From: Takakia lepidozioides
Lineage: Eukaryota > Plantae > Bryophyta
Assembly: GCA_030704615.1 (NCBI GenBank)
Contig: CM060732.1
Span: forward strand, 24,862,001 to 24,926,000
Direction of reading: 5' to 3'
DNA length: 64,000 nucleotides
Shown: piece after piece, positions 23,664 through 38,480 of the stretch
Numbering within the stretch: position 1 is the first letter of the stretch
Layout: each line of letters opens with the position of its first letter
Program-made: the position numbers and the translations under genes
Notes under the pieces: model-generated
What the model saw: only the letters and a program-made list of their open reading frames with translations
Databases searched by the model: none
Told to the model about the DNA's origin: nothing

Positions 23664-26600
23664 ATGGAGCACTCCACGAGTGTGATAGGGGGAATACTGG
23701 CGTCGCTGGTGTCCCGATGGAAGATCAGGCCACCCAAGGCTCGAGGGGGCCTTCCCTTGCTACTCGAGCCCCCACACCCTGCTTCAGTGTAAGTTTCTCA
23801 TACAATTGTCCATTTATGTGTTAACCAAGGTATGACTATCACCTAGCTGTGCGTGTATGCGGTCCACTGTCGAAGTGCAAGTAAGGCATGGCATACTACC
23901 TGGATGACGGGATTATGTCACTCATCGGCTCTGCAGGGAGTTCATCTTTGCGCGTCTGTATCGGCTACAACGTACGTGCAGCTGTATTACATAGTGATAC
24001 TTGTGTTTCGCTTTCTTGGGCATGCGTTCGCTCAGCATGGGCCCAGAGTAGGAAATAAGTCTAAAATCTCTGTCTAATTGACAGAAGACCGTTTCTATTA
24101 CCATAACACAGGGAAGATATGGCGGCGGTAGAGAGAGTGCTAAAAGTGATGGGGGATGTGGCCGCACAGCTACTGGAGCACCTTCACCATGTCAACAAAC
24201 ACTTACGATTCTGGCAGAATCGTGCTCAGGTTGCTCTCCTATTCCACTACTTGGGCGCACATGCCACTATGCAACTGAATGCTGATGTCCTCCACCTCAT
24301 AGTGTAGTTGGAACTTAAGCATTTGTACAGTGGGGTGAATTTGACATGAACTCTTGGGACGTTTGTAAACATATCACTCTTGTGCGAACCAAAATCAATT
24401 GAGATTGGCAATATTGGACAGCCTGGACACTGCCCAACAATACTATTTTCTGTTTGGACATCAACTTTGTCTTTGGAAAGGTATAGATTACGCCTTTCTT
24501 CATATTTGAGGAACCGCTTGTTAGATACATTTGAAGTTGTAATGCTCTAGAGCTCCACAGCTTCAGGGTCAGACTACTCCTTGACTGGCTACACATCTGT
24601 GTTGGCATTACGTGTAGTATCTCGGATGACTGTACGAATGGTGTTTTGCTTGGTTTTCTGTTGATTTGTTCCTTCTTTCATGAAAACAGGCCCGCCCTGA
24701 TTATCTGGCCTCCTTTCAAGGGCCTTTCAGCAACTCTAGTTACTCTCAAGGGGCTTTGAAATTGTTTCTATAACTTGATAATCTCTAGCCCAATTGCTAC
24801 TAATCTTCGAGGGCCATCGTTAAATTTTCACTCCATACAAATTGGTGGGGACAGGGGTCCCTAACATGTGAATTTTTAAACCCTAGATTGGAGCTGTTAA
24901 ACCCTAACCCCCGACAGGTCGCGAATTACAACAAACGAGGAGTAGTTCTGTAATCCTGCGTCCCCTTGCTCTCTTGACGGTTTCTGAAAAGATTTGGATG
25001 GACTAATCTACTACTGCCTTGGGATTGGCCCCACCAGGCATCCATGAACCTTTTACCAGAAAGCTGAAACAGCAGTTCAGGTCATGAATAATTGTGATAG
25101 TGTGACCTTGGGACTTCCAAATGGATTAGGATTTGCTGTTCTCCATCTATGAAAAACGGAGCTATCGCAACTGAAATTCTGTGTCATATGATCTGCAGCA
25201 TTTTGAAACATGTCAATCATGGTGTAAAGTGATTTGCCATGCATGTGCGTTGCAGTTGTTGGAGTTGGGTTGAAGGATCAAGACATGTTGAGAAATATGA
25301 AGCTTGTGACCTTGTGCTGGGGTGGTCTTGGAGAGGCAGGGCTCAGAACTGGACAAAGTGAAGTTCATGGTATTAGAGAGAGGGCCATGGGCATTTGCCC
25401 AAGGGGTTACACAGCTACTACGGGCTTATTTATGGGCCACCTCACCCACACTGGAGCTAGTGTCTGAGGCAGCCAAGCGGATTTCCGAGAGAGTTACAAT
25501 GCTGACTGACCTGTGCAACCGTCTTGCTGCTCTCATTGGACAGGTCAGTTCTGTTTGTACTTCTGCCTATGTGTTTGTGCAAGCTGTTGTTGAAGAAGCT
25601 GAGGTTTTAATTTCATTGCTTGGAAGTTGTGATCCATTGTGACTGATCCATGGGGTTTCCTCTTTGATCAACTTCAAAGCGCAGGGCAAGCAATTAGGTG
25701 GGAGGATCAGTGCTCACTGTATGTGCCTGCTCATACAATGGGATATCCAACTTGCTATCATCCCTCCCTGCCTGTCTTGAATGAACTATCCCATTGTGCA
25801 GATGACAGGTTTCCACTGTCATAATCAGGTGTCAATGTGAGAGCACTTTGGGCAGACTGGCCTGTCAACACTATAAACCTGAACTTTGTTATCGGAGTTT
25901 AAGGCCCATCCAAAAGGGTTGGTCCATTCATCAAGGACTGCAAGTTAACTGGGGAAAGCTACAGGGCTAAGTTTTTGATGCTAATGTCTGAAATGTAATC
26001 AACAATGGCGGGGTTAGGTGTACATAGCAGTGGACAAGATGGTGCAGAAAGTTAGCAAAGGACGCAGCAGTCATGCATTGGCAGAGTGTGTGGTTGCGGT
26101 GCTTGAGGCTGTTGCTATTTTGGAAGGAGCATATGATCTCCCAAAGGCAGGTGACAAGTGACAACCCCCGTTGCAGATATTTGTAAATTGTGCTCTAGTT
26201 TTATTTCTAATATTTCACCTTTTGACTGGCTGTTGGAGTCCTTCTCAATCCCTCATCTCAGAAGCCCTAATAGTCACGTTTTGTCCCTGCTAGTACGTGA
26301 TGCAGTAGTTGCCTTTCATGTATTATTTCCTGTATTTTGTAGAACCCGGACATTATATTTGACAGACCATTGACTATCAGATGTTGTTGTGAAAATTCAT
26401 TTGACGTCTAGGCAGGGACAACAGGCAAAAACCAAGTAAGATTCTTATGTAATAATCAGCTGTTCATTGTGGCAGAGTGATTATCACAGTCCGGGGAATG
26501 TGCTGTCATCAACACAAATTGTCCTGGAGTTTGACGGTTTGTCAGAGAAACTGATGCGGGGATTCGAGTGGACAAACAGTGAGATTAATGATGCTTTAGA

Positions 26601-29600
26601 TCTGCTGTTGGGCAGTATGTGGAAGCTTGAAAACTTCTTGTCTAACCTTGTGAGAAACTATCACCTTCTTGTTCTATCCGAATTGGTCTAATGATCAGAA
26701 TGCACATGCCAATTGTCCACATCAAGTGCTCATTACTGATGTGATACATATCATGAGCGAGGAGAAACACAGACTCAATTAACCTGTTCAGGCAGTCAGA
26801 TTTTGAACCATGGCCTGCAGCCTCAGCAAGTTCAATTTTCTCTTGTGGACCATTTCACTTTCCACTTTCAAACAGCGGTGGGCCAACCCCACAAAAGGCC
26901 CCGGGAATAGTAAACAGCAGCATTTGTTGTACTAGCTTCTGTGGTCAACCTCTCCAGTTTTATCTTTTCTTACACTACCTGTCCAATTGATCTGAGGTGA
27001 CAACACAGTCACTCTGGTTTTTTGTCTCACTGCAGATGTCCTACTACCGAAGACCGAGAAAGGTGGTGAGGCACTGGATACAATACAGTGGGGGTGCAGT
27101 AGGTATAGGATTGGCATCAAGCTGGCTTGTTCGCCATAGTCGCTTAGGAGGGAGTGATGACCTGGATCGTTGGCTGAAAGAGGCAGGCACAGGCACATTG
27201 AGCTTCTTGGATGAGCATGTGCGACAACCGGTAAATCGATCTCCTTGACCCTTGAGAGGTGGCAGTCCGCATACGTCTATATTGTCTCCTCGTGGATGTT
27301 ATATAATGTCTTTATCTCTCTGTTTTCCGTCTCCCTTTTATGTCACCAAGTGGCTAGAGTTTCAGCCTTCAGGTAAGCCCACCCATATGCATTGCTGGCA
27401 CTATTGCCAGTTTCTGCATAAACTCAACTTCTTTTCACCTTTGGACCTACAACCTTCATTTAAATAAGGTACACTAGCACATTGACATTTTTCTCTCTTT
27501 TGGTTGTCCACCTAATGTCTATACGAAAGCCTCTCAGAGGTTGCAATAGAAGTTATATGCACTGTCTACGATTGTTGTCACAGAGTGCTATTGAGCCCAC
27601 TCCAAACCAGAGACGGTGGGTGGATATATGAAAATAAGATATTGCCAGGCATACAAAGACCGAGTCACCAAGTGTTTATCTAGGCTCAGGAATCTGTGGT
27701 GGTTCAAACATCAGAAGTTTTGGGAGGGGGTAAACCTCGGGCATGTACTGTGAGAGCTTTTGGGCGAGGCAGTGCTTTTAGTTGCACCCCGTTAAATTTG
27801 ATAATTCCACTCTTGAGTGTTTCTGTCATTGTCCCTGCCACAAATCTAGATTTGTTGGTGATGGATTGTGAGTGCAGAACATGTGGTTGTAATGGCACGT
27901 GCATACAAAAGTGAGATGTATGGATTTGTCTGGTGTCAGCTTTTGTCCATCAGGGACGAGCTTTTTGAGACCTTCCACAAACGCCACCGCAGTGCTGCCG
28001 AGCTTGGTGATGTGCAACTCACTTCTGACTCACTACACCGGTAAGGCAAGACTTCTCTAAAACAGTCAGCATGTTAGATGGTTAAACACATGGGAAAACC
28101 CTAGCCCAGGTGCCGAGCATGCCAGACAGAGCAATCAACTGCCCACTTTGAGTGGAGGGGCTATCCCCAAGTGGTAGGGATCCGCTTGTTACCATTCAGA
28201 GATCATCACTCCGAAGGAGCTGCAGGGAATTGCCCACATATACATATTCTAAAGAGGGAGAGGCCCCTTCTCTCCAACCAAATCCAATGTACTGCCTTAC
28301 CCAAAGCGGAGTGCTTCGGGTCAAATCAAACATGGACACAAGGTCACAAGGCCGGCATTTAGTCAGAGAGACATTTATCTACTCCCACATCAAGTCCAAC
28401 CAATAGCAATAGGCTGCCTAGTGGAATGTACTCGTAGACGTTGTTTGCGTAGCCTTGTGAGAGGCTGCTGCATTTGAACCCTACACCTTTGGTCAGATTG
28501 TTGGGATCTGGAAGCTGGGTAACAAGGGCTCAAGTCATAAACATTTGTGGGTTGTGGTTAGAATGATGGTGGAGTTCGTGACAGAGACAAAGGGAGAAGA
28601 GGTGGCTTCAAAGGCATCAGAACAGGAGTTGATGGAAATGATGATGAGCAGGTGTGTTTGCAAATTTTATGTTCACCTCACCACTGCTGGTGATCCCCAT
28701 ACAGATTTCTTCTTAAGGCTAGAAATTTACCACTTACCCTTGTTGGTACTGGTATGCTGGTTCCAACTCCGTGCTATGTCGAAGTTGAGTGGAATTGTCT
28801 TATTTGGAATGCTTACTAGACCATGCGTGAGCTTGATGAGGAGGCCAGAACAACTCATTGTTGCCACTAGTGAGCCACGACCCATGAAGTAGGGCCCATA
28901 GTAGATCTGAGGTACTTTGACTGTGATTCTTTGAGCATTGTGGGGATATACGTCAAGTTGATTGGGACTACAAGTCTGGCCTTTGGGTTGCTTAGACTTC
29001 CAAAATATTCGTTACTTTTTCTCATCAAGCCTATTATGTATGGTTCCATGGTTGTTGCTTGCAGATATGAACAGGAATTGACTCATCCTGTGAAGAACCT
29101 GGTGGGAGGGGAGCTGGCCCGGGCTTTGCTTATCCAGGTATTTTATTTGGCCTCTGATTTGTGAGCTTCGGTTAATTCCGAATTTTTCCCATGGCAGAGT
29201 TTGATGAACCTTCAATTGCACTGTACTTCCTGTAACAAAGTATTCCTATGGTTCCAGTTACTTCCTTGACTATGTTGTCATGCATAAAGGCGACCTTTAG
29301 ATGAATGAGGGTGGGCTGCATCATTGGTGGGTTGCAGACTACTAGATGTGACTTACTCTCTGCATGGTGTGTGACTGAGTGGGACAGGTCCAAAAGCTCA
29401 AACTCGACATTGAGACGTGAGTGTTTCCATCCTGCAGAAGCTCCTCTCTAACATCAATGACCAGTCAGCGAATTGTTGAATGGAGATTCCTCATGAAAAC
29501 TTGTGCTTTAAGCAGCTTAGAGGGAAAGGGAAGGCACATTAGAGCAAAGTTTGTAAAGCGAAACCCCAACCACAATCCTGTAAGCTAAGGAATTTCTGCT

Positions 29601-32600
29601 TTTGAATGTCATCCTCATGTGTGTCAGATATGTTCTTCACTTCAATTGCAATTACCTGTGTTTTATGTAATCTCAATAGTGATCACCAAGATAGGATCAC
29701 TTAAAGGTAGTTGTAGTGTTCATCGAAGGCGATCTATAAGACTGGAAAAGATGACAAGAATCTTGGACGGACCTTGCATTTGAAGTCTACCTGGTACTGT
29801 TCACTGAAGGCGATTTATAAGACTAGAAAAGATGACAAGACTCCTGGACAGACCTTGCATTCGAAGTCTACCTGGTACTGTTCACTGACGGCGATTCATA
29901 AAACTAGAAAAGATAACAAGAATTTTGGATGGACCTTGCATTTGGAGTCTACCTGCCACAGGATTTAAGTGCCGAATTGTAACTGGATCTAGAAGATGCA
30001 GAGGTGGAAGGCTAATAACCAAAACAGTTGAATACAAACAGGCCCTTATGATGGAGGTTGGGGTGGTGTTCACACAGGGCTATGCTGGAGCTCAATCAGA
30101 TTCTACGTGCAAATGAAATCAATTTTGCTATTTTGGCAGCTTTGCCAGCCTTCTTTTTTGCAATCACTCTTGGGTGGCTGTTGCAACGGCCCTTCACTGA
30201 GGTTTTGATTGATCATCTCTACTGAATATCCTTATGATCTGACATTGCTGATTTATATCATTGAACAGTTTCTAGGAGACAGTTTACATCCAAGTTTTTC
30301 TGTAATGGTCTTCAGTGCCAGATGTTACTGTAGATGTTCATGAGGCATGAATTCAGCTAGTAATGGCATCAGCCTGATTGCGCCCAGAAGTGGCACTTCT
30401 GAAAGGCAGTGCTCTAGTTTCTTGCTTTGAGTCAGACAGTAAACTGTTCTGGCTGCAGGGCAAGGGGGCAGAAGGCCGGGGAAGGGAGGCCCAGACAATG
30501 AGGCGCATGCTTATGGTGGATGTTGATAAAGCAGTCATGACATGCCAAATGGCAAGTGACGAAGGGCTGGTAAGTTCCCTTGGGTTCTAAATTAATTGGG
30601 AGTGCTTCCAACTCTTTCAGTGCTTTGCATAGTCACACGCGTCTATCATGTCATACTCATGGATACTGTAACTGGGCATGCCATCCTGTACACAACATCA
30701 GTTTGGGAATAGGAGCACATACCTCATCTTTTGATACAAAAGCAAACGATTTAAGTGTCCATGTGATAGCATCCCACAGATATCTGTGGTGAGACTGATA
30801 TCTGTTGGACCCCAGTGTTGGACATGTGGAGATGGACGCCAATGATGCCAATGATTTCCAGTGTGGGGGTCTAGTTGTGTTTTGAACCTGACACACTAGG
30901 ATTTCTCGTGGGGAAAGGGTTTTCTAGCCATATGTTCGTCATCTCCTTCATCATGTCTCTTCAGGGGACATGAACAAGGACAAAAAATGGTGTACTTAAA
31001 AGACTTCATGCGCGGTTGCTTTTGTGGCCACAGACCCCAATGCCAGTTCACGCAGAGCAAAAAAGGGTGTAAGAGGAGAGCAGACATTGTGGACCTTCCT
31101 CATCCAGTAGTGGGACTCAGCTTTGTGAAATATCCGCCTTCCAGAGTAGCACAACAAAAGCCTTTGGTCAGTGTCAATATCATGGGGGGAACTCCTCCTT
31201 AGTTCAGTCTCAAGGGGTAGCACAGCTTTCAGCATTGTCACAATGCCTCTCAAGTGAATGAAAAGAGATGTAGTGTCAAGGGCAAGAGATTGTACTCATA
31301 AGACGTTGTTTGCCGTAGCCTTGTGGCCATTGACCCCGCGCCCAGTTTGAGCGGGAACAAAAGGGACAGAACCTACCTCTGTCAGGGGCTGATGTTGGTA
31401 GTAAGACTTACCTCCATATAAAGAATTAATCCGGGTTTTCCAGATATCCTCTAGAAATCCCTTCACACAAGCATCAATCTGCTGTGTGTGATTTGCCCAA
31501 AAACTAGGCCTCAGGAGGGCCTGGGCTTTTGGCTCAGCCTCGAGACTTTCAAAGTTGGCGAACAGGGGTACAGGCACAATTCCCTTAATAGATTTGAAGA
31601 GAGCGTCTCTTTGGTGAGAGAACCCCGGACAGTGTATCAGAAAATGAATACTGTCTTCAGATTGCCCACACAAGGGGCAATTGCACTCTCCCTTTCCTCT
31701 CTGCTTCTGTTTGCTGTTCAAAGGTAGGCTTCCTGCCCTGAGTTTAAATTTCAGTCTAGTGCCGAGAGTGGGTAGACCCTTGAGGTCATCCAAGATGTCC
31801 TCCCCACGTCACAGACTGGAAACAAGTTCAGGGAAGTTTTCTGCCTAACTTCATTTTCATCAGACAATCTCATGGCAACAGACATGGCTGAGGACACTAC
31901 AGCCTCTAAGTCAGATTTATCCAGCAGGGTCAAGACTTGCGGATCCAGGTCCAGGTCCTTGAGGATCTCTTCTACTCTCTTCTGCCAGGACTTAGCCTGT
32001 TTGACAGGGCAGTCCTGTTTCCAAGATATAGAGTCGATTAACTTAGGATATCTGGTGTTGGGCATATGTTGCAGCTGACCCCACCATCTGACCTTGAATT
32101 CATCTCGTCGGGAGCTTAAGGACGGAATGCCAAACTCACCCCGAACAGCCACATTGGCTGTTTTGGAGCATGCTGACATACACTCCTTAAGCACCCCCAC
32201 TTGAATGGATTCTAGAGACTTAGCCTGGTTGGAGTTATCAACCCATATAGCAGATCCGTACTCCAAGGCAGGTCTAATAACGCGACAAAGCATGGTTTTC
32301 TTAACCTCAGAGTTGACCCCTCTGCAGTGGAAAAATTTAGTGAGCCCCAGAGCTTTGCCCTTGCCAGTTTGAACAACTTTCCGGATATGTGCATCCCAAT
32401 TACAATTGGAGGAGAACTCAACGCCCAGGTAAGTGTAGGAAGGGAGGACCGGGATCTCTTGGCTACCCCACTGCCACTTAAGATCACTTCCTCCCTCTCC
32501 TCTGTCGTTGAATGCTACCACTGCACATTTGCTGACATTAGCCTCTAGCCCCCAAAGATCAAAGTATCTCTTCGCGCAATCAATCAACTCCTGGAGATTG

Positions 32601-33930
32601 GTTGGAGTCTCCCCTATGCCTGCGAAGTCATCCGCAAACATAAGGGCTGGTATGGTGGTATCACCCACCCTTAACCCAAATCCCTCACTTTCCACATCCT
32701 CGAGGAGTTGATTGGTGAAAACATTGAAGAGCAGAGGGGAGAGAGTACATCCTTGAGCTACACCTTGGTCTATGTCAAAGAAGTTGGACTTCTGTCCGTT
32801 AACAGTGACACAGCTTTTGGTGTGAGCATACAAGTTGTGGACAACTCTCCACATCTTTCCCTTGATCCCACAAGACCAGAGGCGGAACCATAGGCCATCT
32901 CTCCACACTGTGTCATAAGCCTTTTTGACATCCAGGAAAAAGACATAAGTGGGTTGCCCTTCAAGGGCAAGACAGTAATGTAATAGTGTGGCCGAATTAC
33001 AAATTGTGTGAATAGTGTGTACATTGCCTGCTTATCAAAAGTGGGTTTTGCCTAACCCATGTGCTTCAGTCGAACCCTTCATTCTAAACTGACAGCAAAT
33101 GGATGCTCCAGGAAGAGGATGCCGTTATGGACTTTGGCATGCTGATCTACTACCTCGATCGCTTATACAAGGCTGTCAAGAGGCCTGCAAAATTGACTGA
33201 CGAGTGGTCAAGGTCAGTCAATGCTTTCCACCATTATAAAGTGCTTGGTACTTTCTTTTCTAACATCAGTACTTTCCTCTTTAGCCTCTGCATGGTTCCT
33301 AAGCATGGTGGAACTTAAAAAATGGGTCTAGTCTCAGTCTCAGTTATATGTAAAAGCCTATTTTTATGTTTGGGATTCCAGCCCCATGTAGGTACATTGC
33401 CTTGTCCGTTGCTCTACCAATGCATGAAGTCACTGGGATAACCTGCCTCCTGCTCACTGAGGGTGAGAAGCTGTTATGAATTGGAAATTGGTTCAACTAG
33501 GCACGGTAATTGGGTGGAAATAAAGTAGCAATGAAGTTTATGTGATTGGTCTCGCTTTAAACCAATTTGCCATGTGTACTGGATCAGAAAGATCAGTGGT
33601 ATTAAGTTGTGCTGTCAGGAAACGGGTGCACACCGTGCACTATTTTTCCGCATTTTGGACTGGTGGTTGGGTGTTCCTTGACCAGGTCAGGTCAAGAGAG
33701 TGACACCAGATGGATGCAACCTAAAGCATAGAAGCCAAGCCATCTACAGTGATGCTTGGTGTGTTGCGTTAGTTTTCAATGTTGCTGACTGGCACACTTT
33801 GGCTGTCTTCAGTTTGCAGCAGGATATTGTTGACCTTGCAAAGCCGAGGATGTCCACCTACTACAAACTTGCAATTGCTGCACGGATGGAGCGGGTCTAT
33901 GATTGCCTTGCTCCCATACCAAAAGTGTAG
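23664..33930 (+). CDS. DGS1: DGS1-like (NCA2-domain) mitochondrial outer membrane protein, multi-exon; start codon uncertain
   Basis: Exon peptides HLRFWQNRAQ (~24200), FMVLERGPWAF (~25370), YYRRPRKVVRHW (~27040), RYEQELTHPVKNLVGGELARALLIQ|VQKLKLDIE, EINFAILAALPAFF (~30115), GAEGRGREAQ (~30470), FGMLIYYLDRLY (~33130), RMERVYDCLAP* (33930). Not all splice sites were verified. Confidence 0.85.
29715..29955. repeat. Three-copy ~81-bp tandem repeat in a DGS1 intron
   Basis: Unit like ctgttcactgaaggcgatttataagactagaaaagatgacaaga...ccttgcatttgaagtctacctggta, repeated three times. Confidence 0.85.
31288..32960 (-). mobile_element. 5'-truncated non-LTR retrotransposon (LINE; RT plus C-terminal CCHC) in a DGS1 intron
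   Basis: FLDVKKAYDTVWRDGL, GVAQGCTLSPLLF, LMFADD, YTYLGV; CPLCG..HFLIHC; one frameshift near 31790; 12-bp TSD TCAAGGGCAAGA at 31276-31287 and 32961-32972. Confidence 0.93.
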
Positions 33931-35049
33931 GCGATGGTTTAGAAGGATTGTTATTAATTCGGTGAAAATTTCCTCATAAATACAACTAGAAGAACAGCCA
34001 AATGCGATAGATGCTTTACCGGCAGCAGCCCAACTGTGCAAGCTTGATTATCCACCCCTTGGCATCCCATGTGTTTGGGAGCGAATCCAGTAATGAAATC
34101 TTGTTACACTAGGGTAGAATGGTTGACATAGCCAGCACAGAATTTTTTCACAAGCATTGACCCAGGACCAGTGCAGACTTGTAGAGCGATTCAAGTCAAG
34201 CAATGGGAAGTTCGACTGGTGGTTGAACAGATCCCCGCTGTCCATTCGAATATTGTCTATGTTCTGCCCTCCAGGATAGTAACCCTCCTTCTTGAATCGT
34301 TACTGGGTTTCTTTTGGCCTCTGTTGATCCTCCTCAAAACAGAGGTGACACCTTGCTTGGATGCTCTGCCAGTCATGCTCTGGACAGCATACAGTCAGTA
34401 CACGCACGAGTTTAGAATTGTGTGACAACTTTTTTCTTAGGATGAACATGCACAGCAGCCTCCTTGTTGAACCTTTGCATAGAGGCCTCTCAAATGTGAA
34501 TCTGAAGGATTGAGCGAATATAGTGGTGTACTGTGAGGAGTGCTGAGACCTGAGAACAATGCTCAAAACTTTAGCTTTTGCACTCGCTTAGGTTGTGGAA
34601 TGTCTGTTAATGGACAAACAGTAGACCTTAGAGAGGGGCACACACAGGTGGGAGTTAAGAATATGAGAGACTGCAGCAAATCCATCATTCAGGAAGTGTG
34701 CACCTCAACAAATGCATCAAGGGGCGATGGAAAGGCCATGTTCAAAGCCAATGGGAGCTGCAGGTACGGGTAGATGAGATCTTACGCGACAGGACAGAGC
34801 TACCATCAGGTGAGGTTACTTTGAAAGAGGTTATATTCTCCTCTCTAATGAGGGGCCTGACTTGTGAGCGGTCACTCTCGGAAAATTCATTTTCAAAAAA
34901 GTTTGAACAAAGTGTGTGTAATGTTCGCACTGTATATGCTACCCCCAGTGGGGCGCATCGAAGGTGCATGTACATGTTGATGCCAAGAGTGGCACTTTTT
35001 CTTCTCCATGGGAAGAATGCACGAGCTAGCAGCACATTAGGAACGAATT

Positions 35050-37493
35050 TCACTCGTACAAATGGGCAGCCAAGCGAGGGTGTGCAACAACATGCAGGGA
35101 GTGTTCCCTGCCGACTGTCAGTCCAAAGTGTTCCGACATGTCCAAAGTGTCAGGGTCTTGCTCTTTTGGCAGACTCCAATTGAAGCTCTGAAGAAGGTGA
35201 GCTAGTAATATTTGAACCATAAGTAGTCCCAGGGAGAGTCCTGGGCATCCCCTTCTCCCACTCCCAAAAGGCAAAAGCTGAAAGTTATGGCCTTTGACAT
35301 CAATGTCAGGATGCTGCAATATAAATCTATCAGGTTCAAACGCCAGAGGTCTCTCCCAGATGGAAGGATCGCGCCCAATAGCCCACACGTTGACGAGCAC
35401 TCGGGTCTTTGCTGGCAGATTATAGCCCAGTACTTGGCATGCCTCACGACACTCATGGGGAAGCAAGAGTGGCACTACGGGGTGGAGGCGAAAGGTCTCT
35501 TTAACTACAGCTTGTAGGTACTTGAGATGTGGGAGGTCTGACTCCTGGACAAGGCGAGTGGTTCCCACCACAGCATCCAGCTCAGTCTGTGCGCGCTTCA
35601 TAACATCGGGGTGTCGCAAGAGCTCGGCCATCGCCCACTCTGTTGTGAGCGCGGATGTGTCTGTTCCACCATTTATCAAGTCCTACATACACACAAGGAC
35701 GGACAACAAGTTCTTTTTTGTGAGTTGTGATTCAAGATTCCGCCAACTTGCATGTGATCAGGAGTCTACCTCGAATTTCAAAACTCCACAAAATTGTAGC
35801 TCTAGTGTATCTACAAAGAAACTACGTACGATGTATATATATGCTAGTCTCAATTTAGGAGAAATCCGAGCTTACTATGATCACGAGTCTTATCGATTCG
35901 TCAGAGAGATGGTCACATCCATCGTCTGAAGGCACGGTGCTCAGGAGCACATCAATAAAGTCTGTTGGAGCTAGAGAAGTCGTACCCCCACGTTCAATAG
36001 TTGCAGCGTGTCTGTGGTCGTCAATGAACTGTTGAAGCAAGCTGGAAACTTCAACATTTACCTTCCTCATACGCGCGTCGATGCCTTGCAACTTTGATAC
36101 CCACTGTAAGGAGGGGTTAAAGTCACCAATGATGAACACCCCCATCCAGTGGAGAACCTCTTCCATACTTGTCTTGAATCTTCGCGCCTCCTTCTGGTCT
36201 TCCAATGTCTCCGATGTTCCGAAGTACCTGAATGGACCCATGTGGGCTTGTCTATATTCTCGCCTCTATTACTACAGTCTACCCTCTATATGTGTTACAC
36301 CTGGGGAGTAGAGAAAATGTAACAAATATAGATTATAAAAATCACACTTACAAAAGGAACACGTACACCAGAGCTTGAAAACCAGAATCTTGAAGAGTTT
36401 GAATGATCCCCATGTTCAATAAAATTAAAGCGCAGACAGGTCTAATTGAGATATGTCACAAGGTCATGAGTCATGACCCTTAGACCAAGTTCAGTCTTGT
36501 TATACATCTATACCTGCATTTGAAGAAAATTAACACTTATTAAGGGTCAATTAGTAAAGCAGGGAGTAACCGAAAAAAACATCATAGCACATAACATTCT
36601 ACACTTGCTTAAAAACAAGATAACAGATAAAGAGGGTTAACAGATATGGAGGGTAGACTGTATGGCGCTAATAAGATGAAGGATAGACCCCAGGTGGGGT
36701 TCGGCAACAGTTTTCCCCAACTTGAACGTGAAGATTTGCAGATCAGGATCTAGTACATAGGATGTGGGAGGTGGCCAACAATAATTGTTTTCTGATGTTT
36801 TTTGAACGTCAGACGTCAATCCACTATTCAGTGCCAGCAGGTAAAACGATTCTCAAATTCTATTCACCTTTTTTTGAAAAGCATGCGTGTCATGTTGTTT
36901 GCAACGGTCGACCAAAGCTTGAAGTTGAGGTCCACCACTTTCCCTTCATGCGACTCCTCAATGATGGTCTTCATTGTGGCAGTTATCTCATCTGTTCTTA
37001 CAGTTCGAAACGATTCCAGGCGTTTTGGCGTGAATAGCTCAAGCAGGCATATCTTGCGCAAAAGTCGCCAATAGGCACCATTAGCAAAAGCAATGTCCTT
37101 GTCCTTGGCAACGAGGATGTCGGCAGACAACAAGTTTGGACGGTAAGAAAACTCCTGATCATGCGTACTGAGAAACTCTCTTGCCATGTTTGGGGAGGAT
37201 ATCACGACAGCGGGGGTGGATCCGAGCCGCAGGTACATCAGAGGGCCATATTTCGCAGCCAGGCATGCCAATGCCTGGTGGGGCCGCTCACCCAAAAGTA
37301 GAAGACTGCCCAGGATCGGCCATGGGTACGGCCCCGGAGGTAGCCTACTTCGTAACTTTCTCAGGAAAAGAGTGTGCACTGCAACAGCGCCGAGTATACC
37401 TGCCAGCGCTAGCAGCCCCACACAGTCCTGAATCAACCTGCAAATGGTTGAACCAGGCTGATCTAGCTGGGTGGATGCTTCCGTGCCTTCCAT
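35050..37493 (-). CDS. Cytochrome P450, CYP71 clan (A-type), 3 exons, 536 aa, apparently intact
   Basis: Exons 37493-36868, 36227-35876, 35682-35050 (1611 nt). Motifs PPGPYPWPILG, GGTDTS, ETFRLHP, FEPDRF, PFGSGRRGCPG. Confidence 0.95.
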
Positions 37494-38151
37494 CACCTCG
37501 CTCTCCTTTTTAGTGAAGCTGCAACAGCGTCTCAATCTTAGCTCAAACTTGTTGTTCTTATTCTCTCCCACGCTCCACCTCTACATCTCTCACAAATCCG
37601 TCTCCTTCCTGTCTGTCGACATCTACTGATAAGGTAACGAGGAACGTTGCGGACACGCCACGCTCGGGGGGCCACGTGCTCAAGCGAAATGTTGGAGACT
37701 CAGTCAAACTGTCTGTTGTAGAGTCAAACTGTTGTTCCCAAGTTATTGTTCCCCTTGAAATACTAATATCAGGTTTTGTTTGTACTACACATGAGTCAAG
37801 GATATAGAATATAATAAGGCTCTCCCACATGTTTTTCTTCTTTTTTATTCTAAAATTGGAAAAAACAAAAATGGAAATCTTACCAAATAAAGTTCTTACC
37901 AGGGCCTATGTCAATATGCGTCAATATAAAAATAAATAAAAAATTGGCAATAGATCAGAGGGGGTGGAAAAAATAACCACCATGAGGCCGTGGAGGCTAA
38001 CAGCCTGTTTGCGTCTACAAAAGAATTGCAAAGCAAAAGACTCGATTTATATCTGAAAAACAAAATTTGCAAAGCGAAAGTCATAGCCAGTGAAATAGTT
38101 TGGCCAGACATTTGCCAATATCCTGATAAAATGAGATATTCTGGAAAAATA

Positions 38152-38480
38152 CGAGTGTTGGGAGGTTCTTTGATTCAGCTACAGACCCCCCCAAGTGTAG
38201 ATCCGCGGTTCAACAAAGGACCTGCAAAGGCTCATAATCACCTGTTACGTAGTTTTGAAATAACCGGCCTAAAACCGTGAAAGATCCGCAAAAGACCCGC
38301 CAATAATTTGATGAAAACTGCCCAATTTAATTGGTTAATTGGTTCTTACAATTAACCACAAGCGGTGGTTCTTTCTACAAAAAGAATATGAAAAAACCGG
38401 AATTGGTGTTGATTCTACGATTTTGTAAAAACCAGAACCGGAGGTTAATATGAAAGAAATCAAATAATCATCCAACACAG
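38152..38480. mobile_element. MITE-like element with AGTGTTGG...CCAACAC ends; partial second copy at ~40460-40665
   Basis: agtgttgggaggttctttgatt ... aaatcaaataatcatccaacac inverted ends; the internal gcaaaggctcataatcac..gaaataaccggcct..ggttcttacaattaacc sequence recurs at 40470-40660. Confidence 0.6.
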
